Below are positions 63,125 to 64,000 of a stretch of 64,000 nucleotides of DNA, one piece after another (the first letter of the stretch is position 1; the number at the start of each line of letters is the position of its first letter). Source of the stretch: Laetmonice hystrix (taxonomy: Eukaryota). Location of the stretch: positions 48,052,001-48,116,000 of the forward strand of contig OZ249436.1 of assembly GCA_965235115.1 (NCBI GenBank), written 5' to 3'. Below the pieces are notes generated by a model. It was not told the DNA's origin and did no database searches. It was given only the letters and a program-made list of their open reading frames with translations. A program made the position numbers and the translations under genes.

Positions 63125-64000
63125 CACGAGAGATCAAACAATTGACACTTCATTAATTGAGACTTCGTCAACTTACCCGGTAACTAAGTTGAACCTAACT
63201 TACACATAACTTAAACGACATGAAAAGTATGAAGCAAGAAACGATCAACCATAGAAGATAAAACACACAGTATTTCAAACATGGACACAATCAACTTTCG
63301 ACATATGAGAATACGACATGTATACAAAAACAATGAAATAATCAGTGTAGGTACACGATGCAAATATCATACATGAGTTAAACCTCAACCCACTCCATCA
63401 ACATCCACAGCCCCTAATCTGCTGCAGTAGGCCTAGTTACTTGAAAGCAAACCAACACACCTTTCTCAAGGAATGCAATGTTACATGGCATTTCAAATTC
63501 ATTCCAGCATTCCAAGAAACACAAGAGATCAAAGAATTGGCATTTTATTATTGAGACTTAGCCAACTTAAGATGTTAAAACTTATACAATGTACTTAACT
63601 TAAACTAAACTTAAACTACTTATGCTTAACTTAAACTAAACCATGGACATGAAGACACTCAACCTTCAACATATGAAAATACTACATCCCAAAATAGTGA
63701 AAGAATCAACAGTGTAGAACACTCTTCGATAATCGTATAATTGACGTCCTCAACGACAACAGACAGGAAGATAAGCACTAAGGTGAACAGTAGACATTCA
63801 AGCAAGAGGGTATACCGACAGGTAGGCAAGCTGAAAGACAGGCCAGCAGGTAGACAGACACACAGATTACCGAGCAGGAAGGCAGGCAGGTAGTAAGGCA
63901 GACAGACAGGCAGGAAGGAACGATCGCAGACAGGCAGGCAGTCAAGCAGGCGGTAAGGCAGGCAGGCAGGCGGCCAGGTAGTGAAAGCAGGCACGCAGGA
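63125..64000 (+). repeat. Second copy of the 60237-61105 segment (runs off the window)
   Basis: Direct similarity. Confidence 0.92.

Overview
Repeat-rich, gene-poor eukaryotic (most likely invertebrate animal) genomic DNA. The only well-supported protein-coding feature is the first coding exon (N-terminus to the end of TM4) of a class A peptide GPCR of the GnRH/corazonin/AKH receptor family, on the minus strand (3337->2618). It has a canonical GT donor and an upstream acceptor, so the gene also has a spliced 5' UTR; the later coding exons lie outside the window. The rest is a mosaic of about a dozen minisatellite arrays (19-80 bp units) and many short non-autonomous DNA transposons. These include CAG..CTG elements with 5-bp TSDs, TTAA/Kolobok-like, Harbinger-like, pogo/mariner-like, Sola-like and Helentron-like elements, several of them nested. 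There are also possible decayed coding remnants and a hierarchical duplication block at 58.5-64 kb. Most ORFs in the track are artefacts of repeats. I see no CRISPR array, tRNA or rRNA, and no clearly novel protein system. The most interesting signals are transposon architecture, repeat structure and possible regulation of the receptor gene.
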